Shown here in pieces: positions 51,655 to 64,000 of a stretch of DNA of 64,000 nt. The position numbers and the translations under genes were made by a program. The notes under the pieces were generated by a model, which was not told the origin of the DNA, made no database searches, and saw nothing but the letters and a program-made list of their open reading frames with translations. Source of the stretch: Cetorhinus maximus. Its lineage: Eukaryota. Position 1 is the stretch's first letter. Every line of letters begins with the position of its first letter. The DNA lies in contig NC_135882.1 in NCBI RefSeq assembly GCF_964194155.1, positions 76,570,001 through 76,634,000 of the forward strand, written 5' to 3'.

Positions 51655-54600
51655 TGTAAGCAGGCTGAGTTATTTCTTTCTTGCAGTTTAAACAGGGTAA
51701 ACTCACTCTCAGCTGTAGGAGCTGAGTAGTTAATTATCTAACTGGTTGAATCTGGTTCAGTTTAGTTTACGATAAATTCAGGGTTCTTTAGTGCAGCCAA
51801 CTAACTGAGTGAAGACTTGGAGTTTGGTGAGAGGGGAGTTAGGAGAAGGAGTTGTTCGTTTCCTCTTTATATCCTTCTCACCCCATAGAAATTGGTCCTT
51901 GCTCTACTACAGGGAAAGGAGCTAGCTTGTTTGGTGAGTACCTGGTAAGTCGGTAAATTTTATTCTATCCCTAAGGTTTAAAATAGCACATAATTTGGTG
52001 GTAAAGTTAATAAAATATATAAGAAAGCAACACAATATAAGTGATTAATATAATTAATTATTTAAAACACATTAAGGATGGCAGAATAGGTAATTTGTCA
52101 AGGCTGCATGCAGCATATGGGAGCTCCTGGATAACATTGGGATCCAGGGAAAACACATCTGCAGTAAGTGTTTGCGGCTTAAGGAACTTTGGCTCAGAGT
52201 CATTGAGCTGGAGGCTGAGCTACAGACACTGCGACACATCAGGGAGGGGGAAAGTTACTTGGATGCTTTATATCAGGAGGCAGTCACACCACTTAGGATA
52301 GGGTCTTCTGATTTTGTCAGTGGCCAGGGACAGGAGGGTGTGACTGTGAGTGAGGTAGGTAAAGGGACCCAGAGGGCAGAAGTGCAGGAGCCTCAGCCTC
52401 TGCAATTGTCCAACAGGTTTGAGGTTCTCTCAGCTTGTTTGAATGAAAGTGGCAGCTGCAGGGTGGATCAACAAACTGATCATGGCGCTGTGATACCAGA
52501 AGCCATCTGAGTGGGGGGAGCAAAAAGGAATGAAGTGGTAGTAGGGGACAGTATAGTAAGGGGGATTGACACCGTTATCTTTAGCAAAGAGCGAGAGTCT
52601 AGACAGCTTTGTTGCTTGCCCAGTGCTTGGGTTCACGACATCTGCTCAGGGCTGGAGAGGAATTTGCAGTGGGAGGAGGAGGATCCAGTGGTCGTAGTCC
52701 ATGTAGGTACCAACGACATATTCAGGCTGAGGAAGGAGGCTCTGCATAGTCAGTATGACACACTAAGCATGAAATTAAGAAGCAGAACTCCAAAGGTAAT
52801 AATTTCTGGATTATTACCTAAGCCACGTGCAAATTGGCATAGGACAAATAAGATTAGAGAAATTAATCCATGGCCCAAAGACTGGCGTGTGAGAAATGAG
52901 TTCCAGTTTGTGGGGCATTGGCACCAGTATTGGAGAAGTGTGATCTGTACCATTGGGACAGTCTGTACCTGAACTATGCTGGGGCTGGTGTCCTCGCGAG
53001 CTGCAAAACTAAGGAAGTAGAGGGAGCTTTAAACTGAGGGCAAGGGATCAAATTTGGGAAGATGTGGTAGAGACACAGCAAGAGAGATAAGTGTTAATAT
53101 GAGAAATGATAAACAGACTGTGACAGGAAGGGCCAGAGAGTACAATTCTGAAAGTAAATCAGATAAGGCTAGATGCTACAAAGATAATAAAAGGACAAAA
53201 CTAAAGGCTTTGTATCTAAACGTACGTAGCATTTGAAACAAAACAGATGAACTGATAGTGCAAATAGAAATAAATAAGTACGATCTGGTAGCCATTACAG
53301 AGACATGGCTATGGGATGACATAGATTGGACCTGAATATTTAAGGTATGTGACATTTAGGAAGGACAGGAATTTAGGAAAAGGTGGAGGGATGGCTCTTT
53401 TCATTAACGATGGTGTTAGCACATGAGCGACGGATGACCTAAGTTCAGGAAACTAGGATGTAGAAGCAATTTGGTTAATGATGGGAAATGATAAAGGCAA
53501 GAAGTCACTTGTGGGAGTGGTGTAAAGATCTTCTAATTGTGACTACACAATAGGACAGGGTATAAAAGAAGAGATAATGGGAGCTTGCCAGAAAGGTCAG
53601 CAATAATCATGGGGGATTTTAATCTACATATAGACTGGAAAAATCAGATGGGCAAAGGTAGCATAGATGAGTATATAGAATGTTTTCAGGATAGTTTCTT
53701 AGGACAGCATGTTCTGGAGCCAACCAGAGAGCAGGCTGTACTAGACCTGGTAATGAGTAATGAGATGGGATTAATTGATAACCTCATAGTGAAGGCACCC
53801 TAGGTAGCAGCGATCATAATATTATTGAATTTTACATTCATTTTGAGGGAGAAGCGAGTGCGTCTAAAGACTAGCACTTTAAACTTAAATAATAAGGGCA
53901 CTTATGAGGGCATGAAAGCAGAGCTAGCTAAAGTGAACTGGCAAGTGAGGTTCAGGGATATGTCAATAGAAGTTCAGTAGCAGACATTTAAAGGATTATT
54001 TCAGAATACACAGAATAGATACATTCCAATGAGAGAGAAAAATTCCAAAGGGAGACCCCACCATCCGTGGTTAACTAAAGAAGTTAAAGACAGTATCAAA
54101 CTTAAAGACAAAGCATATAGTTACGCAAAAATGGGTGGCAGGTCAGAAGATTGGAAAGAATATAAAGAACAGCAAAGAATGGCAAAAGATTAATAAGGAG
54201 GGAAAAATTCGAATACGAGAAAGAGCTGGTTATTAATATAAAGACAGATAGTAAGAGCTTCTATAGATATTTAAATAAGTTAACAAAGTGAACGTTGGTC
54301 CTGTGGAAAGTGCATCTGGGGAATTGATAATGGAAAGTAGGGAGATGGCAGATAAATTAAACAGGTATTTGCTTTGTTCTTCACTATAGAGGACACAAGT
54401 AATATCCCGGAAATTGCTGTAAATCAGGAAATGGAAGGGAGGGATGAACTCGGGAAAATTACAATCACTAGGGAAGTGGTATTGAGCAAATTATTGGGGC
54501 TACGGGCTGACAAATCCCAGGTCCAGATGGACTTCACCCTACAGTCTTGAAAGAAGTGGCTAGTGAGATAGTTGATGCACTGGTTTTAATTTTCCATGAA

Positions 54601-55843
54601 AGGGAAATCATGTTTAACCAATTTTTTGGAGTTCTTTTAAGGAGTCATGTGCTGTGGATGAAGGGGAACTGGTGGATGTACTGTACTTAAATTTCCAGAA
54701 GGCATTTGATAAAGTGCCACATCAACGCTTACTGCAGAAAATAAAAGCTCATGTGTAGGGGGTAACACATTGGCATGGATAGAAAACTGGCTAGCTAATA
54801 GAAGCAGAGAGTTGGCATAATTGGGTCATTTCCTGGTTGACAGGACGTGACAAGTGATGTGCCACAGGGATCAGTGCTGGGGCCTCAACTTTTTACAATT
54901 TGTATAAATGACTTGGATGAAGGGACCAAAGGAATGGTTGCTAAATTTGCTGACGACCTAAAGATAGGCAGGAAAGTAAATTGTAAAGAGGATGTAAGGA
55001 GGCTACAAAGTGACATAGGTTAAGTGAGTGGGAAAAGATCTGGCAAATGGAGTATAATGTGGCAAATGTGAAATCGTTCATTTTGGCAGGGAGAATAAAA
55101 CGGAACCTTATTATCTAAATGGTGAGGGATTGCAGAGCTCAGATTCAGACGGCTCTGGATGTCCTAGTGCATGAATCACAAAGGTTAGTATGCAGGTACA
55201 GAAGGTAATTAGGAAACCTAATAGAATGTTATCATTTATTGTGAAGGGAATTGATCACAAAAGTAGGGAGGTTATGCTTCAGTTGTACAGGGCACCGGTG
55301 AGACCACATCTGGAGTATTGTGTACAGTACTGGTCTCCTTGCTTAAAGAAAGATGTGAATGCATTAGAAGCAGTTCAGAGAAGGTTTACTAAACTAATAC
55401 CAGGAATGGGCAGGTTGTCTTATGAAGAAAGGCTGGACAAGTTAGACCATTGGAGTTTAGAAGAGGAAGAGGTGACTTAATTGAAACCTTTAAGATCCTG
55501 AGGGATTTTGACAGGGTGAATGTGGAGAGGATGTTTCCTCTTGTGGCAGAATCTAGAACTAGGGGTCACTGTTTAAAAGTAAGAGGTCGCTCATTTAAGA
55601 TAGAGATGAGGGGAATTTTTTTTAAGGGTTGAGCGTCTTTGGAACTCTCTTCCTCAAAAGGTGGTAGAAGCAGAGTCTTTGAATATTTTTAAGGCAGAGC
55701 TAGATAGATTCATGACTAACAAGAGGGTGAAAGGTTATCGGTGGTAGGAAGGAATGTGGGGCTGAGGTTACATATCAGCCATGATCTTATTGAATGGCGG
55801 AGCAGGCTCAAGGGGCCGAGTGGCCTACTCCTAATTCATATGT
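51655..55843 (+). mobile_element. Near full-length CR1 LINE (ORF1 zinc finger and GDSL/SGNH esterase; ORF2 EN-RT), decayed
   Basis: HICSKC...ELEAELQTLRHIRE; VVVGDSIVRG...VVVHVGTNDI; LYLNVRSI; MGDFN; FQKAFDKVPH; PQGSVLGP; KFADD; VRPHLEYCVQYWSP; tail ggcctactcctaattcatatgt; internal deletion near 54598; 5' boundary approximate. Confidence 0.92.
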
Positions 55844-55994
55844 TTGCTGCAAGACCCAAAGCACTGGCAAGTCAAGCGAATCTCTTATACTATTCTGGAC
55901 ACACTTCAGCCTCATTTAGACAGCAGCTTTCTCAAAGCACTCTGGTAGAGGTAGAGATTCTTCTAGTGCCATCCTTTTACCACTTGCCACCCTA

Positions 55995-56238
55995 TGTTAT
56001 TGTGTTGTTGGGTTACAGTACTTCCAATAACTCCTGAAGACTGTTAGCTGCAAGCATTCTAACTTTCTTGTAACATACTTACAGTTATGAGAACACTCCT
56101 GTACACCAGCTTCTTTCCATGCTGCTTTCTCTCAGACTCGCTTAGATCACATGAGTATATGTACTTCCTTCTATGATATCACAGACTTTACAGTTATCCC
56201 TTTATGGGACTTAAGCTAACATATTCCATTATACTCCA
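55995..56238 (-). repeat. 5' LTR of the Gypsy element
   Basis: TG...CA termini; direct repeat of 47577-47797; TGG-starting PBS-like segment on the minus strand from 55989. Confidence 0.88.
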
Positions 56239-56670
56239 GAGACCATCCATTCAGCTGCCTCTGCTGCTTCTCACTCTTCCCTTCAGCCACATTTTGCTAA
56301 GATCCCCTCCATCTAAGCTCTGAACTTGCAGCTTTCCCTTATCTCCCTTCGTGCTGTCTCTGAGCTCATCTTGTCCGTAAGACCCACCTCCTGCTCCCCC
56401 AACTCTATTCATACCAAAGTGTTGACCACTCCCTCCTTGACCCCCATGTTAGCTGGTGTTAATGGTTCTCTCTCCTCTGGTACTGTCACCCTTCCCTTCA
56501 AATCTGCTGTCATTATCTTCTTGTCAAAAAAAATCTTTTTTTTTTTAAAGAAAAAATCCCACCTATGTCCCCACTATTCTTGCAAATTACCATAACGTAT
56601 CCAACCTCCCTCTCCTGTCAAGTCCTTCAACATGTTATCACCTCACAAAGCAGTGCCTAACTTTTCCACA
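56239..56670 (+). mobile_element. Continuation of the L2 LINE after the Gypsy insertion
   Basis: IETIHSA is restored across the GAGA TSD; RPTSCSPNSIHTK...SLSSGTVTLPFKSAVI...ANY...ISNLP are L2 RT N-terminal motifs. Confidence 0.8.
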
Positions 56671-58578
56671 GCTGAGATCAGTTGTATTCTCCGTACTGAT
56701 ATCAGCTAGCTCACGACAGCCTGCGCATTGAACTTGTGAATCTTTCGAGGTATATGTGGCTTAGGTACTTTCTAGGTAAAGTCACTGAGCCATTGTGGAA
56801 CTTCAGTTAATTAATTTTATTTTTAAAAAGACTAAAATTAAACTTGTTACATTTGACCATTTAGCCGAGAGAGAGAGAGTAACTAATGCTCCCTTTTCCC
56901 CTCTCAACCAAGAATCCTGACGATCCACAGTGTTTTGTTTCTGCTGAAGAATTCTGGGGGTTTTCCTTTCAGCTATAAAGGCAATTAAATGTTGAAACAT
57001 AATAGTTTTTCTGCAAACTGTTACTAGCCAATATGCATGTGCAAGAGAGTGGAGAACGTAAAAGATATTGGAGGATTATAATGGTATTTGGTGCAATTTC
57101 TGACAGCAGCAAGAAATCTCATAATAAAAAAGGCAGCCAATGCAATTTGTTAAAATTGAGAACTTTGAGCTATCAGCTAACTGAAATTAGTGTCAAAGAA
57201 AAATTATGATTTAGGTGTGGTATAAGCCTTTCCCCCAGTCCCTATTTAACTCCTCTCTAGCCAAAAATAGCTTCTGTAACAGTTACACTACCTGCCTCAA
57301 ACTACAATATGGCATTTGTAAGGCTTCGGTATTACTCCAAAAATTACTTCAGAATGAAATGCTGCATGTCCTATAACCCTGGTTTGTTGTTGTTTAATTT
57401 GACCTGATAAATTTTAGGGAAAACAGATTGTAATTATTCGGGGGTGCACTAATGTAGTATCTTTCATCATACTGAGCTTTATAATAGCACAAGACATAGG
57501 AGCAGGAATAGGCTATTTGGCTCCTTTCTTATTGACTTCAACTTTCTTTCATTGTTCCGTTGTATTAAGCTTGAAATCTCTTGTTAAAATGTCGTGAGCT
57601 TATATAAACTAAAGGATGACACTGGAGGTAAACATTACTTTATCATCATCATTATACCGTTTGAATATAGCGTTATGGTAAATTATTATTTCTCTTTCTT
57701 TAAATGACCAGCTTTAAAAGAGATTATTCATGAAAGTTTATTTTTGATCAATTCACTGGAAGTGGTCTGTTTTAAGTAGCTGGAGCATAATAGTTTACGT
57801 GATTCTTTAATCATAATGGAAGGAGAAGGATTTCCCCAGATGAGGGTATACCCGTAATGAATTGCAGTTTGAGACAAACATCGGAAAGTTTTTTGTGAAA
57901 TTTCCCTGTGCCGTGCAGTACTAAAAACTTGGCCAAAAAGCGCATACTTATCCCTTTATAACTATAATGTTAGTTTGTGGCCTTGTTTGTCAGTAACTAA
58001 TATATATACATATATACATACACAATATATATGTATATTATTTTCTAGTTGTACTGAGCTATATTTTACATTTAAATTAACTCTTACTGTTTGATTTTGG
58101 TGGCTTGTCCTCAGCTCATTTGGAAAGTAAAGTATTGACGTATTCAGTAGCAAAAGTGATTCACTTCCTCAGGAAGGAAGTTAGGGGTTATCCACACTCC
58201 CCAGCACCTGTCACTAGTACATAAAGCAACACTCCTTATCATCAAGTGTTTTTTTACAACATTTTAATGCAGAGAAGGGATGGCTTACATGTTCAGTAAT
58301 TTTCAAGTGTAATATTATAGTGACTAAACTCTGAACTACTTGAAGAATTTATCAAGATAAATGTTTTACAGTTATATATACAACAAGGAACTGCATTCGC
58401 CTTGAAAATGTTTGCAGCATGGCAAGAACTGCAGATTTGAAAATAAATAGGTGAAAAAGAAATTGTTGAAGAAGAATAACAATTTGTTGGGTTTATATGT
58501 AACCATGTGTACTGCTCAAGGAAGAAAAATGAATTCCAAGTACTGCACCATTCTCCAACCTTCATTGTTCCTTTCTAG

Positions 58579-58800
58579 GAATGGTCAGTAGTATGGGAAG
58601 TGGTGCCCCTCGATCCAGCATGGCTTCTATGGACTGGGGTCAATCGAGCTCTGCTGCCAACACCACAGGTAGCACAGGATCCAACACAATGACCAGGGCA
58701 ACATTGCAAGGTAGTATGATATGCAATCCTACACCTGGTATTCCTATGAGACCGAACAGTCAGCCTGGTCAGAGATCGATGATCCAGACACAAATGATGG
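58579..58800 (+). CDS. NCOA2: NCOA2 coding exon
   Basis: ttctAG|ga...atgg|GTacgt; [21 protein letters not shown]...[20 protein letters not shown]; 222 nt, phase 1 to 1. Confidence 0.9.
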
Positions 58801-58963
58801 GTACGTTACATCATTTTTGTTTCGTGTGCTATTGGAACTCCTTTGTTACAAATGTCCTTTTGTGGAGCTAATCAATGTTTGCTTATTCTTTTCAAGGCTA
58901 TGTTGTTACAAAATGTCATTTTGGAAGGAAATCATTTTGTTACTACTTTTTTGTACCAATTAG

Positions 58964-59093
58964 GATCATCTGAAATTGAAATGGGTATGGGAGGTCCTCC
59001 ATACAGCCAGCAGCAAGCACCACCAAACCAAACAGCACCTTGGCCGGACAGTATCATGCCTATTGAGCAGGGACCTTTTGTGAATCAAAATCG
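58964..59093 (+). CDS. NCOA2: NCOA2 coding exon
   Basis: aattAG|ga...aatcg|GTgagt; [44 protein letters not shown]; 130 nt, phase 1 to 2. Confidence 0.95.
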
Positions 59094-59799
59094 GTGAGTT
59101 TCACAGTTATTAAGACAATAGGAATTTTGCTTTTTTGAGGAATTTGAATTGCAATAATTTTTAAAATGTAGTAATTGATCATTTATCCAACTTTATCCCA
59201 TATTTTCATATGTAGAGAGAGATGAGTTTCTTGAGTTGTAAATAGTTCAGTGTTTCATCCCTGAGTTCAAAGGAGATCCTAAACTGACAGTCCAAAAGTG
59301 TGGAGAGGAAAAGCAAGAACATAGAGCTGGTTGTGGGGTAAAAGGAAAATCAATTTTGGATGTCTAGGCAATATACCAAAAAGGCTGAGATGATAAACTG
59401 GCTGTGACAGTAAAAATGGACAAAACAGAGAAAACTTTGCAAAACCAATAGAATTCAAACTAAAAAGTGGATAAATCATAGCACAGAATGTGAGCAATAA
59501 ATGGGGAAGCTCAGGTCATTGATTAAAATAGAGAATGGTGCAGGTGGAGGGGTAGGGAATAAAGAAAATGAGGGAGGTTTGGAGTATTATTTAGAGACAT
59601 CTTCACAGCTTTGGAAAGTAAGAATTAGTTGTGTTGAGAAATTGTCTAAAGAGGATCCCTTCTGGAACGAGCAAGGGATTGGTTGCACTGCTAGGACTAT
59701 GTTATTGACAAGGTAACTTGGATTTAAATAAAGTCCCTTGACTTTAAAAAAATCCCACTGGTGCTTTTCAAAGTTATAAGAAAAACTGGGAGAAAGCCA

Positions 59800-60290
59800 A
59801 AAGAGGATGGATTAAGTTAGGTGACCAAGGGCTTGGTAAAAAGAAGTGGATTTTAAGAAGGCTAGTCAAAGAGAAGAGATGCAGATGCGGAGGGAGGGCA
59901 TCCCAGAATTTAGAGCCTGGACAGCTGAGGGGATGGCCACTAATTGTTCAGTAAATGGAAGGGTGCAGAAGAGGGTGGTGTCTGAGGAATGGAGAGTTAT
60001 GGGGATAGAAGGTGTCCTTGGAGATTATAGAGTTGAGTGTGGCAAATCCAGGTATTGCCGAGACATCCAAAATTGATTTTCCTTTTCACACAACCAACTC
60101 TACATTCTTGTCCTTGTGATTATATCACAAGGACAAGATTTTGAGGCGATGTGAATCAGTGAAGGAGGGGATGATGCATGACCTGGTCTTGGTTTGGTGG
60201 TAGGTTAAGGACAGCAGAGGTTTAGTTTGTGGAAGCTGGGAAAGGACAGCATTGGAGTTATCAAGTCTAGAAATAACAAAATCATGGGTG
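59800..60290 (-). mobile_element. Decayed L2 3' fragment
   Basis: ggtgaccaagggcttggt...tcccagaatttagagcctggacagctgagg is similar to 13200-13340 and 31985-32105. Confidence 0.55.
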
Positions 60291-60314
60291 ACAGGTTTCC
60301 TTACACTGCTTTCT

Positions 60315-60605
60315 AGTATGGTGATGTGTCTTGCTGGGTCACTTAAGAGTGCAGTTGAGGGTCAACCTTGTTGATGTTCTGGAGTTACATATAGGCCAAA
60401 CTGGGTAAGAGTGGCAGACTTCCTTCCCTAAAGGAAACTAGCAAATCATTTGGCTATTTATGGTATTTCAGTAGCTTCGTGGTAATTTTTACATTTACTG
60501 GTCCCAGCTTTTTATTCTTGGTCTTTGTTTCTCAGACTGCCATGGTGAGATTTCACCTCATGCTCTCAGGGCTTTTTACTAACACAATAACATAATTATG
60601 CTATT
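60315..60605 (-). repeat. SINE copy of the family at 9083-9812
   Basis: rc contains gaaatctcaccatggcagtctgagaa and aataaaaagctgg, matching 9090-9160. Confidence 0.6.
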
Positions 60606-60876
60606 TTACCCAATACATTTCTGTAAGCTGCACATTTCTGTAAGTTTGGTCCTCTGAACAAATATCCATTGCAGAAATTTATTTGTGATATTCTGCTGCT
60701 ACAGTTCAGTTGCAACAGTCTGCCCACTTCCAATTCAATTCACTGCAGTGTGAAGGCAGTAATTTTCACATAGGGAACATCTTTCAGATGAATTAGTACC
60801 TGTGCCATGATTTTCACTTCTAACAATATAGAAGCTTTTCTAGGTTTCTTTATATTTATGCTTTTTATACTAGTAG

Positions 60877-61048
60877 GCAATCCTACAGCAGTTCTCAAGA
60901 TGATCTGCTTTGTCCATCTATTCCAATGGAAACTGCTAATGATGAAGGTACAATTCTTGATCAGCTGCGTTCAGCACTAAAGAATATCGATGAACTGGGT
61001 CTGGAGGAAATTGATCGGGCCTTAGGAATCCCTGAACTTGTCAACCAG
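60877..61048 (+). CDS. NCOA2: NCOA2 coding exon: AD1 / CBP-p300 interaction domain
   Basis: actagtAG|g caa...aaccag|GTaaat; [13 protein letters not shown]...[36 protein letters not shown]; 172 nt, phase 2 to 0; alternative start 60874 via TAGTAG. Confidence 0.95.
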
Positions 61049-64000
61049 GTAAATGTTCATTTATGCACAGAAGATTCTGAGGTTAAGAAGATTCATTGTA
61101 ACTTTTTTCATGAAAGCTCTAGTCATAGTAGGATGTACACTAATAGCAGGGAAACCTCCTCCACACCCCACCCCACCAACCCACTGTGGATATGCAGCTA
61201 CGTTCCTTACTAGTTTATATTCAGTATGAGTGAAGGTTGCCATGTGACTTGTGCACAGCACATAATCTTAATCACAAAGTCAGTGATAAACTGAGAAACT
61301 GTCTAGCAAAGACGAGTATTTTTGATTAGTGCTAAATAACCTTACTAGATTTATGGTGAAACCACAAGAAGAGAATTGACAATGGCCATCATCCTTTATC
61401 AACTATTTTAATTTTAAAAATCTGGGTTTGTAATTCTTAAGTTTTAATTGTTTTCAAATGTCATTTGTCATTACTCCCACCTCTCTCTTCCTGTCTTGGT
61501 GTTCATCTCATAAATACCTGTCTTTGAAGATTCTTGGAAAAGTTTTTACTTTGAATGCGTTATAAAAATGCATGTTGGCTGATGAATCATTGTGTCCAGC
61601 GTAGCTTCCTGAAACTGTCATTTGGATAAAACTAGTGGTGCTCCTCCATTGTGAGTTTGTTTCCAGTTGTTGTGAGCCAAATTGACCTGCAAACTGAACA
61701 TTGTCAGTGCTGTAAATTTGAAGAGCCTATACTGTGAAAGCATTCTGCGTTCTGTCATAATCATGCAGCTACTGGCTATAAAACGTGAATGTGACACTGG
61801 CGAGATTGGCAAATTGCGTCTGAAGGGACTACACTGAATTTTGTACAGTCATGCACAATGGACAATGCAAGGACTGTTATATTTTCTGAATGCCTTGAGT
61901 ATGTGGAATAGGTCAAGGAAAAAAGTGGCTTGTTTAGTTGGCTCAGCTACTTGGTAAAAGATACTTTGATCCACCTTGTATTTGAAGCTCTCTAGGTTGG
62001 TCCGTCCCCATTTTGTATCCAGGTTCTGTAGGTACTGAAGAGTGCACCTCCTCAGAGGAGGGTGTCCTGGAGATCCAAACAGGGAAACAGGGACAACCCT
62101 ACTGGCATAACCCTCACTCATTTGCCAGCAGTTCTGCTACTTTGATGCTCCTTTTTTATTTCTGCAGGTAAACCCTTCAGTGACTGACTTGAAAAATGCT
62201 GCTCCTGGCTCACCTCCATTTTTAAGTGACTGGCACTGCCCTTGAAATAATTGCAGCAGTTGCTCCCAAATCTCAGCCCCATACATACAATCTTCAAGGT
62301 ACCGCCCATATTGTGGGCTGGACTTACAAATATTTAATTTAATATCCAATATGAAGCTCAGATATGTGTTAACAGTCAAGCAGATGTCCCAGGATGCTCT
62401 GATTCTGGTCCCACCGAGAACATTTGTGCTCTGATGTTCATTGCACATGGACTTCCAGCAAAGGAAGTAAATATCCTGGTTGACTTTCCTTCTCTCAGCT
62501 CATAAACACTCAAGGGTCATTGCATCATCCCCATTGCAGTCCTGGCTTGGTCAACAAATTTAGCAAAGATTGTGCCATGAACCTTCTGACCACATGCTGC
62601 ATTTATCTACCTTGTTTTCAGGGTTTGGTCCCACTGAATGCTAAAAAGGGTTAATGATTGTTGTTATGTGAAACAGTGTTATGTGTCAAAATCCACTGTT
62701 GTGGATTTTTTTAAAAACTTACACTGTGGTAAGTAATTTGTGCCAAATTGATCATTTAATCCAGTGAATAAGATTGATTAAAAGCTGATGAAAGTGTTTT
62801 AACTTTTTTTAAAAAGGTATATGCTACATAGCTGGTTTGGTATTTGGAATGAGAAGTTAGGAAAAGTGCACTTCACTGACTGAACAATTCACTTAGCTGT
62901 GAGGACAGTATAAGATAATGATTTCCATAAGAATCTGAATTGAGTCCATTTTTAGATAATTTATAATCTCTAAGCAAGTAGAATTAAGAATTCGTGAATA
63001 GTTTGAATAATGGTTACATGGTAAAAGATTCTGTAACCTGCACTAGCTGCTGAAAAAATGTTTCACAAACTGTGAATTTTGAGTATAAAATCATCTGCCC
63101 AAAGAAACTGCTTTTTAAAGAATTCAGATTGTTGTATAAATAGTCCTAGATGAACAGTAATCTGTAAAGTGTTGAATACAATAGATGTTTGTTTGTTGAG
63201 GAATGGTATACATTGGACAATATCATTCCTTGAAGCAAACATAGATATCAACAATGCTACAGATAATGGAAATCTGAAATAAAAGCAGAAAATATTCTGA
63301 ATATTTAGCAGGTCTGGCAGTATTTGTGAAGAGAGAAGTGGTTAATGTTTTAATTTGATGATCTTTTTATCAGAACTGTCAATAGATATTGTCAGTCCAA
63401 GTTTGTGTATATGAGAAACGGGATTTCATCCCATTTTATGTTACAGAAGACTTATAAATAGAAGGAATTGGAAATATTAAAATTGTGATAGTTTAAATGA
63501 CTGGGAATATTATCGTTGAAAATTTTTTTATCTCTTCAGTTATCAAGGTCAAATCAGCTCCAGTGGTCTCTTTTATTGCTAATACGAGAGATGTAGTATT
63601 AGAATTTGTTCACTTTTTGAAAACTGAGTTCTGACCAATGTGCCTTCTAATTTTTATTTGCAGCGCAGGTGAGTCTTAAAGGGACTGGCTTCTGCATTGG
63701 GACCTTTTGGGTTGCACAGCTGAACAGTTTAGAGGGGGCATTGGTTCTAGCCCATTCCCACATAAGCAATAATATATGGCACTCTGGAAAAACTTGACAA
63801 CTGCTATAAGAAATTATGTGGTTTTTAATATCTGTTTTAAAAAAAAATTAAAATCTGTGCTAATTCTGACAATTATTACTCCTTAATGCAATCCTGAGTG
63901 AAGAGCATTTTGTATTGTGTGTGCCTCAATACCTTTTGGAGCTCTTGAGAAACTATTTGTTTAAATGTAAATAGGGAGTATAGATTTTTCTTGTGCTTAG

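Larger units (their letters stand above)
47577..56238 (-). mobile_element. Decayed full-length Gypsy/Ty3 LTR retrotransposon with 4-bp TSD (GAGA), interrupted by CR1
   Basis: LTRs at about 47577-47797 and 55995-56238; PPT (rc GGGGGGAGA) 47798-47806; GAGA at 47573-47576 and 56239-56242; order gag (YTMGDCADNIL), PR (FKLGTGAAVS), RT (PFGVISAPEIFQR, HMDDVLI), RH (AADAPYTGLGAV), INT (LHQGHSG...VWWPG; DLFEHKG). Confidence 0.92.

Noticed and set aside
52511-52972. GDSL/SGNH esterase as a captured host enzyme gene
   Set aside because: An esterase domain is a known part of CR1 ORF1; it lies between the zinc finger and ORF2 and is disrupted.
61618-62448. Chain of minus-strand ORFs in a slightly GC-richer patch (RYLEDC, PCIVHC)
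   Set aside because: No coherent domain or splice structure was recognisable; the short motif resemblances are probably chance.
63985-64000. Pyrimidine tract plus TAG at the window end as the next NCOA2 acceptor
   Set aside because: Plausible, but the downstream exon is outside the window, so it cannot be tested.

Overview
Eukaryotic (vertebrate) genomic DNA. The repeat families and protein divergence suggest a cartilaginous fish (shark/ray); this is an inference. The window is an internal segment of a + strand nuclear receptor coactivator 2 gene (NCOA2/SRC-2/GRIP1/TIF2). I delimited 12 consecutive GT-AG coding exons (11158-61048; 3077 nt, about 1025 codons, splice phases consistent). They run from just after the bHLH through PAS-A/PAS-B and the three LxxLL NR boxes to the CBP/p300-binding AD1. 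The start and stop lie outside the window. Introns are filled with decayed transposons: CR1, L2 and RTE LINEs, SINEs including a Deu-domain SINE, a Gypsy LTR element and Harbinger-like elements. Most other ORFs in the track are TE remnants or noise. I found no convincing new biological system. The most interesting items are a three-level L2>Gypsy>CR1 nest, an antisense three-exon Harbinger Myb/SANT pseudogene hit by a 35-bp minisatellite, a candidate in-frame CR1-derived cassette exon, two NAGNAG acceptors, and NCOA3-like features in this NCOA2. Comparisons with human proteins and TE consensus sequences are from memory, not from database searches.
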